DNA of 64,000 nucleotides from Amphiscolops sp. MND2022 (Eukaryota): the NCBI GenBank assembly GCA_964187785.1, contig OZ076413.1, forward strand, positions 43,836,001 through 43,900,000, written 5' to 3'. Position numbers and translations under genes: made by a program. The first letter of the stretch is position 1, and each line of letters starts with the position of its first letter. A model generated the notes under the pieces. It ran no database searches. It was not told the origin of the DNA and saw nothing but the letters and a program-made list of their open reading frames with translations. This document shows, piece by piece, positions 12,050 through 25,688 of the stretch.

Positions 12050-14881
12050 CATTTCTGAAGTGTTTGGCATTTTCATTTCCAGACAACCGCTATTTGCTGG
12101 CAACCTGTTGCATTTGATGCCCATTCTGAAGGACACAAGTCAATCCTCAAGTTCTCACATGACTTGTTCCTGCAAAAATTCTGGATCGAATGAACGAATC
12201 TTGAGCTTTTGGATTTGGACTGATGCTGTTACTGTTTCCACTTTGGTCATCTGACTCACCTTCAACTTCTGGAACAAAAGTTACATTCCCTGTAAATTCA
12301 ATTAGACTTTCAGCCTCGCTTTTGGAAGAGCGTTCCTCATCTAAAGCATTTTCGACCTTCACTCCGACTTCAAGATCCTCATCCTTCACATATACCTTGT
12401 GTACACCTTCGACATTGCTTCGCTCAAACACATAGTCGACAGTTACAGCGGAGAAAAAGTCATTTTCGTCGTTTTTTCGTTTCGATGGGGAAAGCAGCTG
12501 CTCTCTTTTAATTGAACACGACGTCTGAGCTCGTGTCACTTTTCTAGTTTCCACGAACTGCCACAGGTAGGCCGTACGAAATACATATTTCGGTGCTTTC
12601 GGATCGAATTTTAAAATTTCACATTTTCAGACTTTCACGTATGCTAAACAATCAAAAACATTCAAGTGATTTGTTTTGTGTTGTCCGCCTAAAATTATTC
12701 GTTAGGAGCTTTCTCTCCTTTGTCGTTTTGACAAAGTCTCTTATATATGCTGCACTGTCTGCAGCTCCTAACCAACAACTTTCGGCCTGTCGTGACTCAA
12801 TTAGAAGACTACGAGCAGTTTCAACAACTGTTTCTTTGTATCGCACATCTAGATAATTTTGTTCCGGGGTTTCATCGTACTCTCTCTCTCTCTCTCTCTC
12901 TCTGATTCTGTTGTTGGTACAAAATTTTGTGAAAACTTTTCAAGTATACTTCGTTCTATTGTCAGAACGGAGTATTCATGGCTTACCACTTTCAGCGATG
13001 TACTTTTTAAACATTCGCCTAACATGATTTTTGTAATGCTTGAACTGTATTCGTAAATGGAGGTGACGAAATATCTTTACCAACCTACAAACTATGGAGT
13101 ATGGAGTGATTGGTCCAACAACATCGCTGAAAACTTTTCACGAATTTTCGAATCTTTGTTCTCCTTTTGTTGTCTGGTTTTTTGGCTCAGCAGCAAATTT
13201 CGAATTTTTCATCTACGTCCAGTTTTCCGACCGAACGTTTATGGTCTGTTTATTATAAAAGTCCGAAATGTTTGCGCCATAGTTATGCTTTGTTGGAGCT
13301 CCCCCGTCAAACTAGCATTGTGGTTTCTTGTCTTGGGGTTATCTGTAGGAAGAAAAGATTTCGTATTCATTTGTTGTTGAAATTCTCTTTGCTTTTGAGA
13401 CTAAGGACACTGCTTTTCGATTCATGAATAATTTTGAGTTTATTGTATACCATACTGGATACGGAGATCAAGTTAGTTCAGTATGCTGGCACAAGTAGGG
13501 TTTTTGTTTAGACTAAACTATTAGCATAGTCCTTCCTTTTAAGTTTTGAGCTAGCTTTTCGACATCACCTCTTCCTATGCCTTTCGTGTTTCTTCAATCA
13601 GTATTGGTAACTGTAGTATCTAATTTTTCCAAGTTTCTGTTCACTATTACAATGTGTGTTCTTCCTTCTACTAGGTCCTTTTTGTTGTTGCCTCGCATGA
13701 TTCTTCAGACGTGAGATTTGATGCTAATCTTCCGCGCTTGCCGCTTTTGACCTCTTTAGTTTTTCTGTTACATGCTCTTTCGAGATGACTTTCCTGCTAA
13801 CATAAAAAACACTCCGCTTTTTCTCTTTTGTAGTACTCGGCTTTCATGTGTTCTTCAATGTAGCAACAGTATTATGTTAGCTGTCCTGTAATTGAGTTTG
13901 GCGCTGGGTTATGTTCACTTGAAAACTTGTGCTTGGGCCTGACGTTTTTGGACGTCACTGCCGCATGTGAAGCCACATCGTCCACTGACTCGCGGTGTAG
14001 ACGGCTTTTTTCGTAGCTGGTCAGTCGTGTTCGATGCCCAATGAAGCTACCAGCTGGATTGAAGCTCTCTTGCACCACCAAGTACTTGTAGCGCTGAGGT
14101 AGCCATTGAGCATTATCCATTTGGACAGTGGCTCTGTGAGATGATCGCCTGCTTGTTTCAGGTGATCTGAGAGCTCTTGGTCTCTTATGAAAATAATTAT
14201 AGGGTGTATCGTCTGCTTTCAGCGTCAAGCGGACCATTTGTCGCATCACACTGACAACAGTCACATTTTCATTGTCTCAGAAACCGTCTTTCAGAAGCCT
14301 CATTCTTCATGCGAGTCACCGATGCCTTTGCGATAGTGCCTAATCAACATAAGGCTTGTTGAATCGAGAACCATCGCAAGGGAGCACCAAAGTTTGTTTA
14401 TACATTTCTCGATGTCATCAAAAGCATGTTGATGAGATTCTTGAGCTGCGTCGTGAGCAGCGCAGGCCTTGTTATTTGGCATTTCCATCCCTCAGGTGGG
14501 GATGGAGGCCTTTCGTTTGAGCATTGGCTTCAAATCTGCTACACCAGTTTGTGTGGTCAACAGTTTGGTCAACAGCTATTTGAATTTATTTCAACCTTCC
14601 ACTTTCGAACTTTTGAAACGCCAGGTTGCTATAGCAATTGCACTGAATTATACAGCAGTTGACTTTAGCTTCCTAATATGCCGTTCAGAGACATTCTTGC
14701 ATCACAAGAATCCAATTGAGTGAAGTGTATTAAACTGAATTCCAGCACTTTACTAGAAACTCTTGATAATTCGCGAATACTTTGAGAATTGTTGCGGTGT
14801 CATTGACCAGAGGTCTGCACGACAACATGAGCGAACGAAAAAAAATGTTTACCTTATTTGTTTTTCATTGGGCCCATAACC
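12050..14881 (-). pseudogene. Decayed Ty1/Copia element (gag, integrase)
   Basis: Copia-type PBS GGTTATGGGCCCA at 14869-14881. Gag fragments LWCSLAMVLDSTSLMLIRH and VVQESFNPAGSF. Integrase fragments ILRTDN, ETPEQ and TVVETARSLLIES..W. Confidence 0.8.
12880..12903. repeat. (CT)n microsatellite
   Basis: About 12 CT units inside the Copia integrase remnant. Confidence 0.9.
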
Positions 14882-15059
14882 TAATATGCTAGGACTTGGC
14901 GTTTAAAATTGGTAGCTCAAGAACATTGACTGAGTTCGTTTCCTCAACAGATCGTACTCCTACTAAATCTGTTTCAGTGATTTCAGTGACTTCAGTGTTT
15001 AATGTTCTTCGAAAAATTATTTCCGTTGCTCCATTGCCACTTTTTCATCAGCGCTTTTT

Positions 15060-15435
15060 GCGAAGCAAAAAGTGTCCGACTCTTACAGTAACCCTTTTTT
15101 CCCGTTTTTTCTCCAGACCACAGACCTCACACTGAGAGGTCCTTTTTTACAGCGTATACTAAAACTACTAAGCTACTAGACCGGCACTGTCCGGCCAGCG
15201 GAACCTTGAGCAAAGGGTCCACCATTTCTTGTGTTGTTTTTTCAAACGTCACATACAAAACCGATCAAGACTAAAGGGTCTCCACTTTGTTTTTTTCGTC
15301 ACTGTGGACAGTTTTTCGAAAATTTTAAAATGTCTCCCAAGGGTCCACCCTTCAATTGGTTTGATATTTTGCAACAAACTGGATTTTCAGAAAGTCCAAA
15401 GGTTCCCTTCTGTTACAATTTTCGGCATTGTGAGA
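15060..15435 (+). mobile_element. Partial HINE-like element
   Basis: CCGACTCTTACAGT, ACTAAAGGGTC and TTTCGGCATTGTGAGA modules match the reverse complement of copies such as 34897-35359. Confidence 0.6.
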
Positions 15436-17265
15436 TTGTTAGTGATATGACTCATGAACAGAACATCAAACGAAAACGATCTACAGGAGTCTATTTACGC
15501 CTAAATACCAAAGTGTACCCAAACGTGCCCAAGTGACCTTTTTTTTTCAAATTTTTCATCATTTACAAAATTTGATGGGACCAAAAGACTAACCTGCGTT
15601 TTTTGGAATAGTGCACTTTCTTTGAAAATTTTAGTATCCCACAAAAGCAATCGCACGTTTGTTTTTTTGATGTTTTGTTTTAAAGAAAGTCTTTTATACA
15701 CAAAGCGTCCTACAGTCAATTACGTTTCGGCACTACATTGACATATATAGCCATGTGTAGCCACTACATTGACTTTGTCTTATGACCCATGAAAAGAACA
15801 TCAAAGGAAAAGTATTTTCGACTCCAAAGTTCGCCCATGTGTGAATCATGGATGGCCATATTGGGAGCAATTGGAATCTCACTACGGGCAATAATAAAAC
15901 AGAATAAATCTGCTGAAACGTGATTAATGATTAGTTGGGTTAGTGGTTCGACGACAAGGGTTATGACGAGATCATAAATTGGATACTGGCCTTGGTCAAA
16001 CGTTTTTAACAGGATGGCATTCCCGCTAGATCGCGAAGTTTATAGACAGATTATCAATGGTTTTCCTACCTTTTTGAATTCGAACTATATTAATATAAAT
16101 TGAATTTTCTCATATATATTTTGATCCTTGTGATCCTTACGCTAATGGAAATTTTGTTTTAACGATAGTTAGCATTCATACCCCTATCAAAAAAGAAAAC
16201 AAAGTTGAGTTCATATTGATGTTGACCGATACACTCGATGGGTGTACATACAATCATGGATGGCTGTGTTTTAAAATTTTCATCAAGAGGTTTTGAGAAA
16301 TAACAAGCTAAAAGGTTCGAATAGCAGATACGTCTAATTGAACAATTCACGAATGAATTCAAAGTCTTGAATTCACACAAAACATCTTTCACTACGCGTT
16401 GTCCCAGATTATCGTTAGCCTATTCAATTACTTGAATTTAATTGGTCTTAATGTTGGCCTCAGTTATTGATAGCCAAAACGTTTCTCAAGCAACCACTAA
16501 AATTGTCCCTTCTTTTTCAAAAGAAAACTCAAATACCAAAAGATGGCCCAATTTGCCTCGGAAAGCCAAGATGTGAATCACCAAGATTTTTAAGGATATT
16601 TCTACAAGTAAAACGAAATCTGTTCTTTACACTGTAGAATAATTTCAATATAAATTGAAGATTATACGGGTGATAATTCAAATTCAATCTTCAATAGGCG
16701 AAAATTCAATTTATGTAGCCGTCTCTTGAAAAGATGAAACCAGAAAGATATAAGCCGTCTGAGCTTTGTTCTTTAAACACTAAAACCATAATCAAAACCC
16801 TTCCAAAGCTAAACATCAAAGAGGCTTTGAATTTATTTTCTGCTTTATTCTAATTACCTGACAAAAACGTAAGATGAGAATCGAAGAAAATTCTTTCAAC
16901 AACAATGTCGAAAATTAAGAAACTGTGAAATGATGAGAAAATTTTATTTTGAGCCCTTGAAAAGCGTTAATCATTACTATCTGAAAGCGGCGTTTTTGCT
17001 ATCGAGGTTTTTGGAATCTCAAGCGCTTGTTCGGTTTCTTTCATTTTAAGGTTCTTAAGTCATCAAATAACTCAAGCCGAAAGTATCAATCACAGTTCCT
17101 TGTGAAAAGCAAAAATGACTTATTGCAGAGTATAAAGTGCTCAAATTGTATGTTTTTCCGCCCATATTTTTTATGGTAAGGAAAAATTACCAACTGAGCC
17201 TCATTTTTGTTAGCTATGTTCCAATTTAAATCCAACATGATAAAGGTGCTTTAACAGAATTCAAC

Positions 17266-18209
17266 TAGGGTGACCAATCGTCCCGGAAACTGCGGGGCAG
17301 TCCCGGATTTAATTCGTTTGTCCCGCGTCCCGCAAATTAATACGATTGTCCCGCAATAAGCCACGGTTGGCCGTTTTAAAACATTGTTTTCAAACAGCTG
17401 GCAAGCTATATGCGGCTGATTGCTACTCACTCCATTTTATTCACTGCATGTATCAATTTCCCGCGGTTCGCGTTCGCCGCTACACTACGTACACGTGTTT
17501 GCCCTTTCCGTTTATTTAAGAATTTTATGTATAAAAGTGAGCTATGTCGTCTGATGCGAAGAGGAAGCGTTTATGCACATACAACCGGGAGTGGGAAGAC
17601 ACATATTCTTGGCTTACAAAGAAAGACGGAGACGATGAGCGTGGGTACTGCAGAATTTCAAAGATTATCGTAAGAATGATATTATCGATATATCTATTTT
17701 TATGCATTTTATGCAGCATTTTATGCTCTCCAGAAGAAGTTGATTATGCAAAATTTGCGAAGGTTATTGACATATTGAAACTTTCCAATGCAATTGACAT
17801 GGATGCCTGCTATGAAGAATTTTGCCGAATTGGAAATGACTTGAAGAATATTAAAAACTTGGGAGAGAATCAAACACCGATGGATATGTGGGAAAAAATT
17901 TGCAAGAACTACCCTGATTTACTTCCCAATCTTACTTCTGTTCTGGGATTTATTTTCAGCATTCCAGTTACCAACGCGTTTTGTGAACGGGTATTTTCGC
18001 TGATGGAGAATTACTGGTCAGATGATCGTGCTCAAAGTGGAGTTACGCTTATAAAAAGCGAAATTCAAGTGAAAACTAACTTTTCTATGACTTGCCAACA
18101 ATTTTATACTTTTTGTATTAAAAATAAACAATTACTTAAAAACGCCCGATCCACAGACAAATATTAAATTTTTGTCCCGCAGAACCTTGTTTTTGATCTG
18201 GTCACCCTA
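17266..18209 (+). mobile_element. Internally deleted hAT DNA transposon (944 bp)
   Basis: 11-bp TIR TAGGGTGACCA, perfect 8-bp TSD AATTCAAC (17258-17265 and 18210-18217), subterminal GTCCCG motifs. Confidence 0.95.
17544..18167 (+). CDS. Truncated hAT transposase: N-terminal start fused in frame to the C-terminal dimerisation domain
   Basis: KRKRLCTYNREWEDTYSWL..GYC at the N-terminus. W..YPDLLPNL..IFSIPVTNAFCERVFS..WSDDR is the hAT dimerisation signature. Catalytic core absent. Confidence 0.8.
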   Translation: MSSDAKRKRLCTYNREWEDTYSWLTKKDGDDERGYCRISKIIVRMILSIYLFLCILCSILCSPEEVDYAKFAKVIDILKLSNAIDMDACYEEFCRIGNDLKNIKNLGENQTPMDMWEKICKNYPDLLPNLTSVLGFIFSIPVTNAFCERVFSLMENYWSDDRAQSGVTLIKSEIQVKTNFSMTCQQFYTFCIKNKQLLKNARSTDKY

Positions 18210-18942
18210 AATTCAACAGGCTCAAAAGTAGATTCGTAGAGAATGTATTCGAGGAGATAATTGAAGAATTTCGTACAATTTCGGGATGTTTTTGTAGTCA
18301 TAAATATCCGGAGAGTCGAAAATACAAAAGAATTAGCAACATAAACACACTTATACTGGGAAAAAATTAGTTTTTCATACAAAAATACGCGAAAAATGCA
18401 AGGGATTTAAAATTTTTAATTTTTGATGTACAACGGTGTAATGGTAAAAGCATTAAGCCTGAACATGGAACATGTGTGTCATTAAATTCGAATTTCAAAT
18501 CATCTTCATTGAGTTCCAAGAAAGTCCTTCATGTCGAACTAAGTGGCATGGTCACTAGAAAATGGCATTTTTCTAGAAATGGCATTTTGTTTTAGAAAAC
18601 AAAAATGATAGGAGCAACGGCGAGCAGTCAGACGATCATTGTGATCTTGAGCAAAACCCTTTGCATCCACAGCTTCAAGTGGATCATCGTTGGACCACTT
18701 GGCTGTAGACATGGTACCGTAGCTTGCTATGGCAAGATAGTATCGGTGAAAGGAGTCAACTAAGAGGAGCACGTCTGCTGCTTCGGCATCCATATCGCAG
18801 AATTGGGGAAGGGAGCCGTTTTTAATGCAATTAGTTTACGATTTTTGGGTGTTTTGTGAGCATGAGTGTGCGCAAGTTTCAACAATAAAACACCTACTTA
18901 TTATACTATTATATTACGAGATGAACAGTGTTTTTGAAAGAA

Positions 18943-19740
18943 CCCATGTTGAGCACTCCCTGCGAATCTGTACAGATCCTGACAGATATTCCAGGATTTT
19001 TCGAAAATTGAATAGTCATAAATTCAGTTTTCGAAAAAAAAATTAGTTGATTAAAAAGTGCTCTACGAAAAAAACACACCTCTTATTTGAAGTTCTCAAA
19101 AACGTTTCTGTGCGATTCTGTACAGATCTGTACAAATCCTTGCAGATATTCCAGGATTTGTTACAAATTAACCATACCAAAAATTACTATAACGTATTCC
19201 GAGTTTCCAGCAAATACTAAAAGTACTCCAGCAAACCATGTTTCCGAAATATTACAACCACAGCACTCTATCAACGCCTCTACCAACCCAGAAGGTTGTC
19301 ACATGTCAAATTTCATCCGTCAAAACGAAGTCAATATGGCAAACGAGCCTCTCAAAGTTGAAAAACCACTTCTGGAAAGTTCAAGTGAAATGGATAAATT
19401 ACAGTGTATAGCCAACACCGAAGATTCCCCAGACACCAAAATTACCGTGATGGGGACAAGATTTCCTGCTCAAGAACTTTGAGTGATGGAGAGTTTCAAC
19501 TGACTAAGCCTTGGTCAGCAAAACTATCTACTGAAGAGGCTAAAAACTGAAATGCATAGTTTCACTAGAAAGTCCGGAAAAAATTTTCCTGAGAAATCTG
19601 TACTGAAAATCTTTGAACATCTGTAAAGATCCTTGCAGATCTGCAGTTTTCCTTACGTAACAGTGGCACGATCTTTACAGATCCTCAAGGAAAATTGGCT
19701 CGCAGATCTTTACAGATTCTCAAGGAAAGCTCAACGTGGG
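18943..19740. mobile_element. MITE with ~36-bp CCC...GGG TIRs (CMC/EnSpm-like)
   Basis: CCCATGTTGAGCACTCCCTGCGAATCTGTACAGATC versus the reverse complement of the right end CCCACGTTGAGCTTTCCTTGAGAATCTGTAAAGATC. Flanked by AA/AA, with repeated subterminal ACAGATC motifs. Confidence 0.75.
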
Positions 19741-20281
19741 AAGGGGAATAGATTGAGCTGAGAAGTGTCAAATTCATTTTTTTCGATTTTTTTTGTAAAT
19801 TTGTAAATTATTCAGTCTGAAGAATATGTCATCGCAAATAACATTTGGGGCGTAAATTATCACGGTGGTCATCGGGCGTCCTGTTCAACGCAAAATATCG
19901 CTGTCAGAAGTTTGGGATTTTAGGAAAAAAACATCTCATATCTTGGACAAAAAAACAAGCGTTGAGTTGAAACCTTGAACGTCAATCCAGGAATTTAAGC
20001 CAAAGCTTTTTAATTCCGGGAAAAAGAAGACATGAAAAATTATGTTTGGCTATATTTTTCCAACATTCACTTGTTTTAGATGGATCTAATTCAACGCACT
20101 ATGTATTGAACTAAACTCATGACCCATCCGGTTAAGTACCGATGTTGCCAGCCAGAAGTTTGGATCTTACAAATATATGATTGTTTTTATTTTCCGTCCA
20201 TATTTCATATGCGAAAGGAAAATATTTAAATCAAACAGCTTTTTTTACAAAATTTGCCAAGCACCAAATTTATATTTAACT

Positions 20282-22955
20282 TTAAGGTTGTTACCCATAG
20301 AATTCAACTCACATAAATTTAGCTTCGTGCAATTTGTTTTGGGGAGATTTCTGGAGTTTTTTAATTGACCCCAAGGACCCCAAAATGACCCAAAAATATT
20401 AAAAACTGCAAACGTTTCCAAATTTTTTTAACCTTTTTATGCAATTTTTGTCAAATTTTCGATAAACTTCGTGGATTAGAAGGCTGAACTTCCACAACAC
20501 GGTACTAATTCGTTGTCCAGTAGGCTTCTCCGGAAAAATAGTTGCTGTTTTCTAAATGAAAAAGTCTCAAATTGACACCGAAAATGACAAAACCCCAAAA
20601 TTTTCAATTTTTAAAAATTTTATGCATTTTTTCCCCAAATTTTCGACGGACTTCGTGAACTGGAACGTTAAAAAGGGTCAACAAGCAACGATTGTGCTGT
20701 CCAGTATGCTTAGAAAAGAGATAAATGCAGTTTTTCAGACGAAAAGTGTCCGCAATTGACATCAAAAAAGACAAAATTTTGAACATTTTCCGATTTCCAC
20801 TATTTTTGTTCAGTTTTTGTCAAAATATCGATAGACTTCGTGGACTAGAATGGTAAAACGCCTAAAACATGGGCAATTGTGTTGTTTCTGTGAGCTTTTG
20901 TCACGAGATAATTTCAATTTGTAAAAGAAAAATGCCTCAAATTGACCCAGAACTGTTAAAAAACTTGAAATTCCTGTCGTTTTTGAAGCATTTTCTGTAC
21001 ATTTTCTGAACCGAAAGATTTCGTTCTAAGTTCCAATACAATCAACTCAACAACAAAAAAAGAGCTTTGCATTACAATTTTTTGAAGAGAACGTTGCACC
21101 GTTTTGCTTCAAAAACACTTCAAATTGTTTCCAAAGCAGTCGAAAAAAATTAACATCTCCGTTTTTGTGCAACTTGTGTACTTTTTGAATCGTTTTGGAG
21201 TCAGAATGTTGGCAAACGTTCAACAAAGACTGAATTCATAATCAAGTAAGCTTTTAAAGGAATATTTGCAGACTTCGGTAAAACAAAATGGCACGAAATT
21301 GACCGCAAAAAGTCGAAAATGTCGAAATTTTGTCGATTTCCGACATTTTCAGTGAAATTTCATTTGAGATTGGAAAATTTTGGTATGATAAAATCTTCGA
21401 AAAGCTCCAGATCATAAAACTAGGTCCAAAGCAAGTTTTTGTAAAAAACCGCCTAATTTAAGGTCGAGTGTTTCCTAAGAAGGACCCAAGTATTGGAAAA
21501 ACAATTTTAGGCAGTTTTCTGTACAATATTTTAAAACTACTTCCTTGCATTAAATGATTTTAAAAAATCAACAAGGACTATTCCGGGTATCCATCTTCAG
21601 TAGGCAATTTGGGAGAGATAACTGAATTTTATACCCGAAAATCCGTGAACCAAAAAAGGCACGTTGTTTGTCAAACTAATCCCAATTTTTGTTCAAACTA
21701 CGAAAGATTTGAAGAATAGAACTTCCAATGACCTGAGCGTTGAAACAACAAGGTATTCAAAACGCAAATGAGGAAAAAAAAGTGGGATGAAGTTCATCGA
21801 GTTTACAACAAAGGTCTTAAAGTCTCCAAACTTTCTTTATTTTCGACAACATAGTCCCAATTTTCGAACCTTTCCTAAAATTTATTCCAATGAGAAATAC
21901 CAAAGGCTCAGGATTGAAACGTGTATCAACCGGTTGTGGTTCGAAAAGATATCAGACAAGGTTATTTGCCCATTTTGCAAAAAACTTTACTTGAAAACGT
22001 AAATTTCGACATCATTTATCCAATACTTTTTGTGCAAAAACCTCGAAGCAAAATCACAAGATATGGAGTACACCTTCCAAAGGAAGATGTTTCGAGCTAC
22101 CTTGTGGGTTAGAATGGTGTAAACATTCATCAACAGCTATACTCGGTGTCCAGTAGGCCTAACTTTAAAGAGACATCTGTAGATTCATGTTAGAAAAGTT
22201 CCTCAAATTGACCCAAAAATTGTCAAAACTTTTTTCCAATTTTTAACACTTCTGGTTAAACTGTGTGCAATAATATAACAAACCCGGATCGCTCAACTTT
22301 CCTAAAGTTCCAAAAGACCTACTTTCAAACTTTTACTATTTTCTCAGTGCCAAAAATTACCTCAATAAGTACACCTGAGACTAGGAAACCACTTTTTACC
22401 CAACAGGAATCACAAAAAAAAAACATTTCTTTGATTTTTTCCGGTAATGTTCTCTGATGGTGAAACGAGTTTCAGGTCGAAAAACTACCGGTCTCAAGCC
22501 AAAATCAGCAAAGAAAACAAGTGGGTACTCTTTGACCAAATGGAAGTTTCGGAAAGACGCACAGAGCCGACGAAACTGAATCGAGGTAATTTCCACAATC
22601 AATAAGAAACCTCGTAAGTTCCATAAGATCAAAAGTAACAAAAAAATCTCCCTCAAGACTCGGGAAACCTATTTCTTTTACAGAAAACCTCAAAACTTAA
22701 AAATTGCAAAAAATATTTTGCAAAAATTATTTTCAAGGAAGTTATTGAAAACTTTCTTTTCTCGGCGTGTCGCATAGTGCCAAAAAAACAAAAAGTGATC
22801 AGCTATCGCAGAATTTATAAGTTAGGGGTTTCTTTTATATTGGGCTAAAATAAATCAAAGTTTTCCTTGGATTGGCTTTTCTTGAGCCTCAAATTTTTTT
22901 AGCTGTAGAACAGTTTGGAGCGGAAAATATCTTGCTGCTCAGCGGGCCTCTTGTT
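20282..22955 (+). mobile_element. ~2.7-kb non-coding Helentron-associated-like element, copy 1
   Basis: Colinear with the reverse complement of 61777-64000. Ends GCTGCTCAGCGGGCCTCTTGTT and contains ~185-bp internal tandem units. 5' boundary approximate. Confidence 0.7.
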
Positions 22956-23196
22956 TATCCCTAAATTTAACTAAACTAACGGCGCTTTTAACGTATTAAA
23001 GGCAATATAGTTATAGTTGGGTTCATACAGAGCCTGTAGGATAGTAACCGTAAGGTTACAAAGTTTTCCAAAAGTAACGATGTGCGTTGGCAGTGCGATG
23101 TTTTCGGCATTTCAGCTAACACGCATTTGGAAAAGGAATCAGACATTCTCTGATCCTCAATGTTTTACAAAAAAATATCGGAAAAATTGAAGTTAA

Positions 23197-23680
23197 AACA
23201 AGACGGAAATGTCAAAGTCGGCGCTAAATCTAAGGCTCAAAAAGCGCAAAGTTTTTAAGATTGTGAAAAAGGGGGGATCATTTGGGCTTTTTGAAATTCA
23301 GTTTCCTACTAAATGTCGAAAAACTTGAAGGGGGGACACTTTGGAGACGAAAAAATTCGAAAGTCGCACAGCGCCGAAAAAAAATCAAAGGGGGGACCCT
23401 ACAGCCTCATCCGGTTTTGTATTTCACGTTGAAAATGGAGTAAATGAAAGGGGGACCCTTTGGACTAACTTAGATGCGTTCCAGTTGCCGGTCTAGCAGT
23501 TTAGTATTCTGTAGAAAGTGTCCATGTGATAGAGCCTAGATAATTCCTGAACTTAATTCATGAGAAAACTGAAGTGTGAAAATAATTAAATTACGTAATG
23601 CTAACAACCTACGCATATATTCTGTTGTCCGACGAAAAAAAACTATTCACTGAAATAGTCGGGCTTTTTTTCTTTAAAGG
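23197..23680 (-). mobile_element. HINE-like element
   Basis: AACAAGACGGAAATGTC..GTCGGCGCTAAATCTAAGGCTC terminus and shared internal modules. Confidence 0.7.
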
Positions 23681-24203
23681 AAAAAACTAGTTAAATCACT
23701 TATGCAAATAGAGTTTCCAAACGGCAATTCGAAACAAAACCTATCTACATTGCTTTCCATCCAAAATAATCCGAGAGTAGCGTCAATAGTTTGGAAAAAC
23801 ATTTTTATCGTTATATGACGTCACCAAAAAAACGTCAATATTATTGTTCAACTCCGGAAGAAAAATTCAACTCTGATCAAAATCAAAACACATTCCGGTA
23901 TAAAATCATACCGATGTCGATTCAGCGCGTAAAAATTCAAACATGTTTCTTCAATGCTTTAAGTGAACGGTATACTTAATGTTCAAATTTAAAAGACACA
24001 GGTTTTTGGCAACGATCAGATTCTAAACTCACACCAATTCTGTGAGAACTTGGATTCAATTTTTTTTAATGTCATCAAGTTGGTTTAGGCACATTTTTCA
24101 CTGGAAAAGGCGTTATATCTGAAAGCGAAACTAATTTAAATCAAAGGGAAACGATACAGAAATTTCACGCACAAAAGAGACGCATTTCCATCCTAGAATG
24201 GAC

Positions 24204-25688
24204 TCAGAGGGTTAAATCTTTTAAACCTGGTAACCGATGGAAATTAACCATTTAACCGGTTAATTTTAGGAGCAAAAACAAGTTTGAGAACAAGGCATTT
24301 ATGCATTCTGCATGGTACTCAAAAGCAGAAACGAAATCGCTTGAGCAGTCTCAGCCTCCAACGCCATGTGTTTCTCAGAATAGATTTGCAAAGTCACTAA
24401 ACAATCACTCAGAGCCTACTGATGCTGCTGGTTGTGGGAAACTGAAGACACGGCCAAGTCAGATTTTGTGCCGGAATGCATGAAAACAGGGCTGCAACGG
24501 TGCGCCACCAAACAACTGGATTAACTGTCAGTGGTTCCTCCAGGAGACCACAAAAGATCTGAATCTCTTGCCCAATTGTAGTGTTATTGGTGGCTGTAGT
24601 AGACAGCTGATCATTTTCATCACTTTCGCCATTTTTCATCACTTTCATCATTTTTGCCACTTTCAGGTCACCAAGTACAAGTAACATATGCTCAAGCAAG
24701 TGTTTATGATGTCGTTTAAATGTTGTCATGATCCTCATCATGGATCTATAACAAAAATTCGATCAATGGACCTACCTAAAGAAGATGTGGACGAATCACA
24801 ACACTCGACCGATCAGAGAAGACCAGCAAACGATAAGAAGTACAGCACCAGAATAACTTACAAGACGAGAACAGAGACAATAAAACTAGTTGAGTACTTA
24901 TCCTCTTAAATCTATTTTCATAACTCTACTCTCAATATCTTTTATTAATCTCTTGAAAACACTTGAGCTTTTATAATCACTTGTAATAATTTTTTGCTCG
25001 CTTTCTTTTCAATTTGGAGAAACTTAGCTGAGACCTAATAACGCATCTTAGAAACTGAATTGAAAACCAAAATGAAGCAAACAGCTCGCTGACCAAAGAC
25101 ATGACAAATGTGAATGTCTGCTTCATGTCGTACTCCATCACCTGTCAAAATTTTACCCCAATATCAAATCAAAAACTATAAGAACTTAGTTAACAAAAGA
25201 GAAGTTTATCAACACCATCATAAACAAAACTAAATTTCACAGAACAAACAACCAACTGCGTGATTGTCTACGTATTTTTGGCAGAATAGTCACTCTTTGG
25301 TGCAAATTCTGGTGCCGTCTTTGATCCCTTTGTCTTGTTGGCGGTTGTCAGATTGCACGGACGCATCGCTCTTCCCTTGGGTTGCGCATCTAGAACGAGG
25401 GGCCGGGATAGCGGCTGCTAGACCTTACAGCTTGCATACATTTTTTGAATGGTAGATGAATGCACCGTTTGCTCCCGAAAAAAAACCGACAAGACGGCAC
25501 ATTCCAGATGGTGCAAAAGGCTTTTTAATCACGTTTCCTGGAATGTTTCTTAATCCAGCTTTCTTTGACCATTTTCGAAATCTGAAACAGTTTTGTCATT
25601 ATAGTGGTGCTCTTCCTGGATTTTCCAACAGTAGTAAAGGGTTCGTAAAGTTGTCGGTTATAGACTTGTTTACCGGTTAACCACTCTA
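24204..25688 (-). pseudogene. Decayed hAT transposon
   Basis: BED-finger remnant (ESWIKKH..AFCTIWN..AFIYHSKN, ~25430-25570) and dimerisation remnant (NPVVWWR..PAASVGSE*LFS, ~24370-24560). Ends are TAACCG-rich. Confidence 0.6.
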
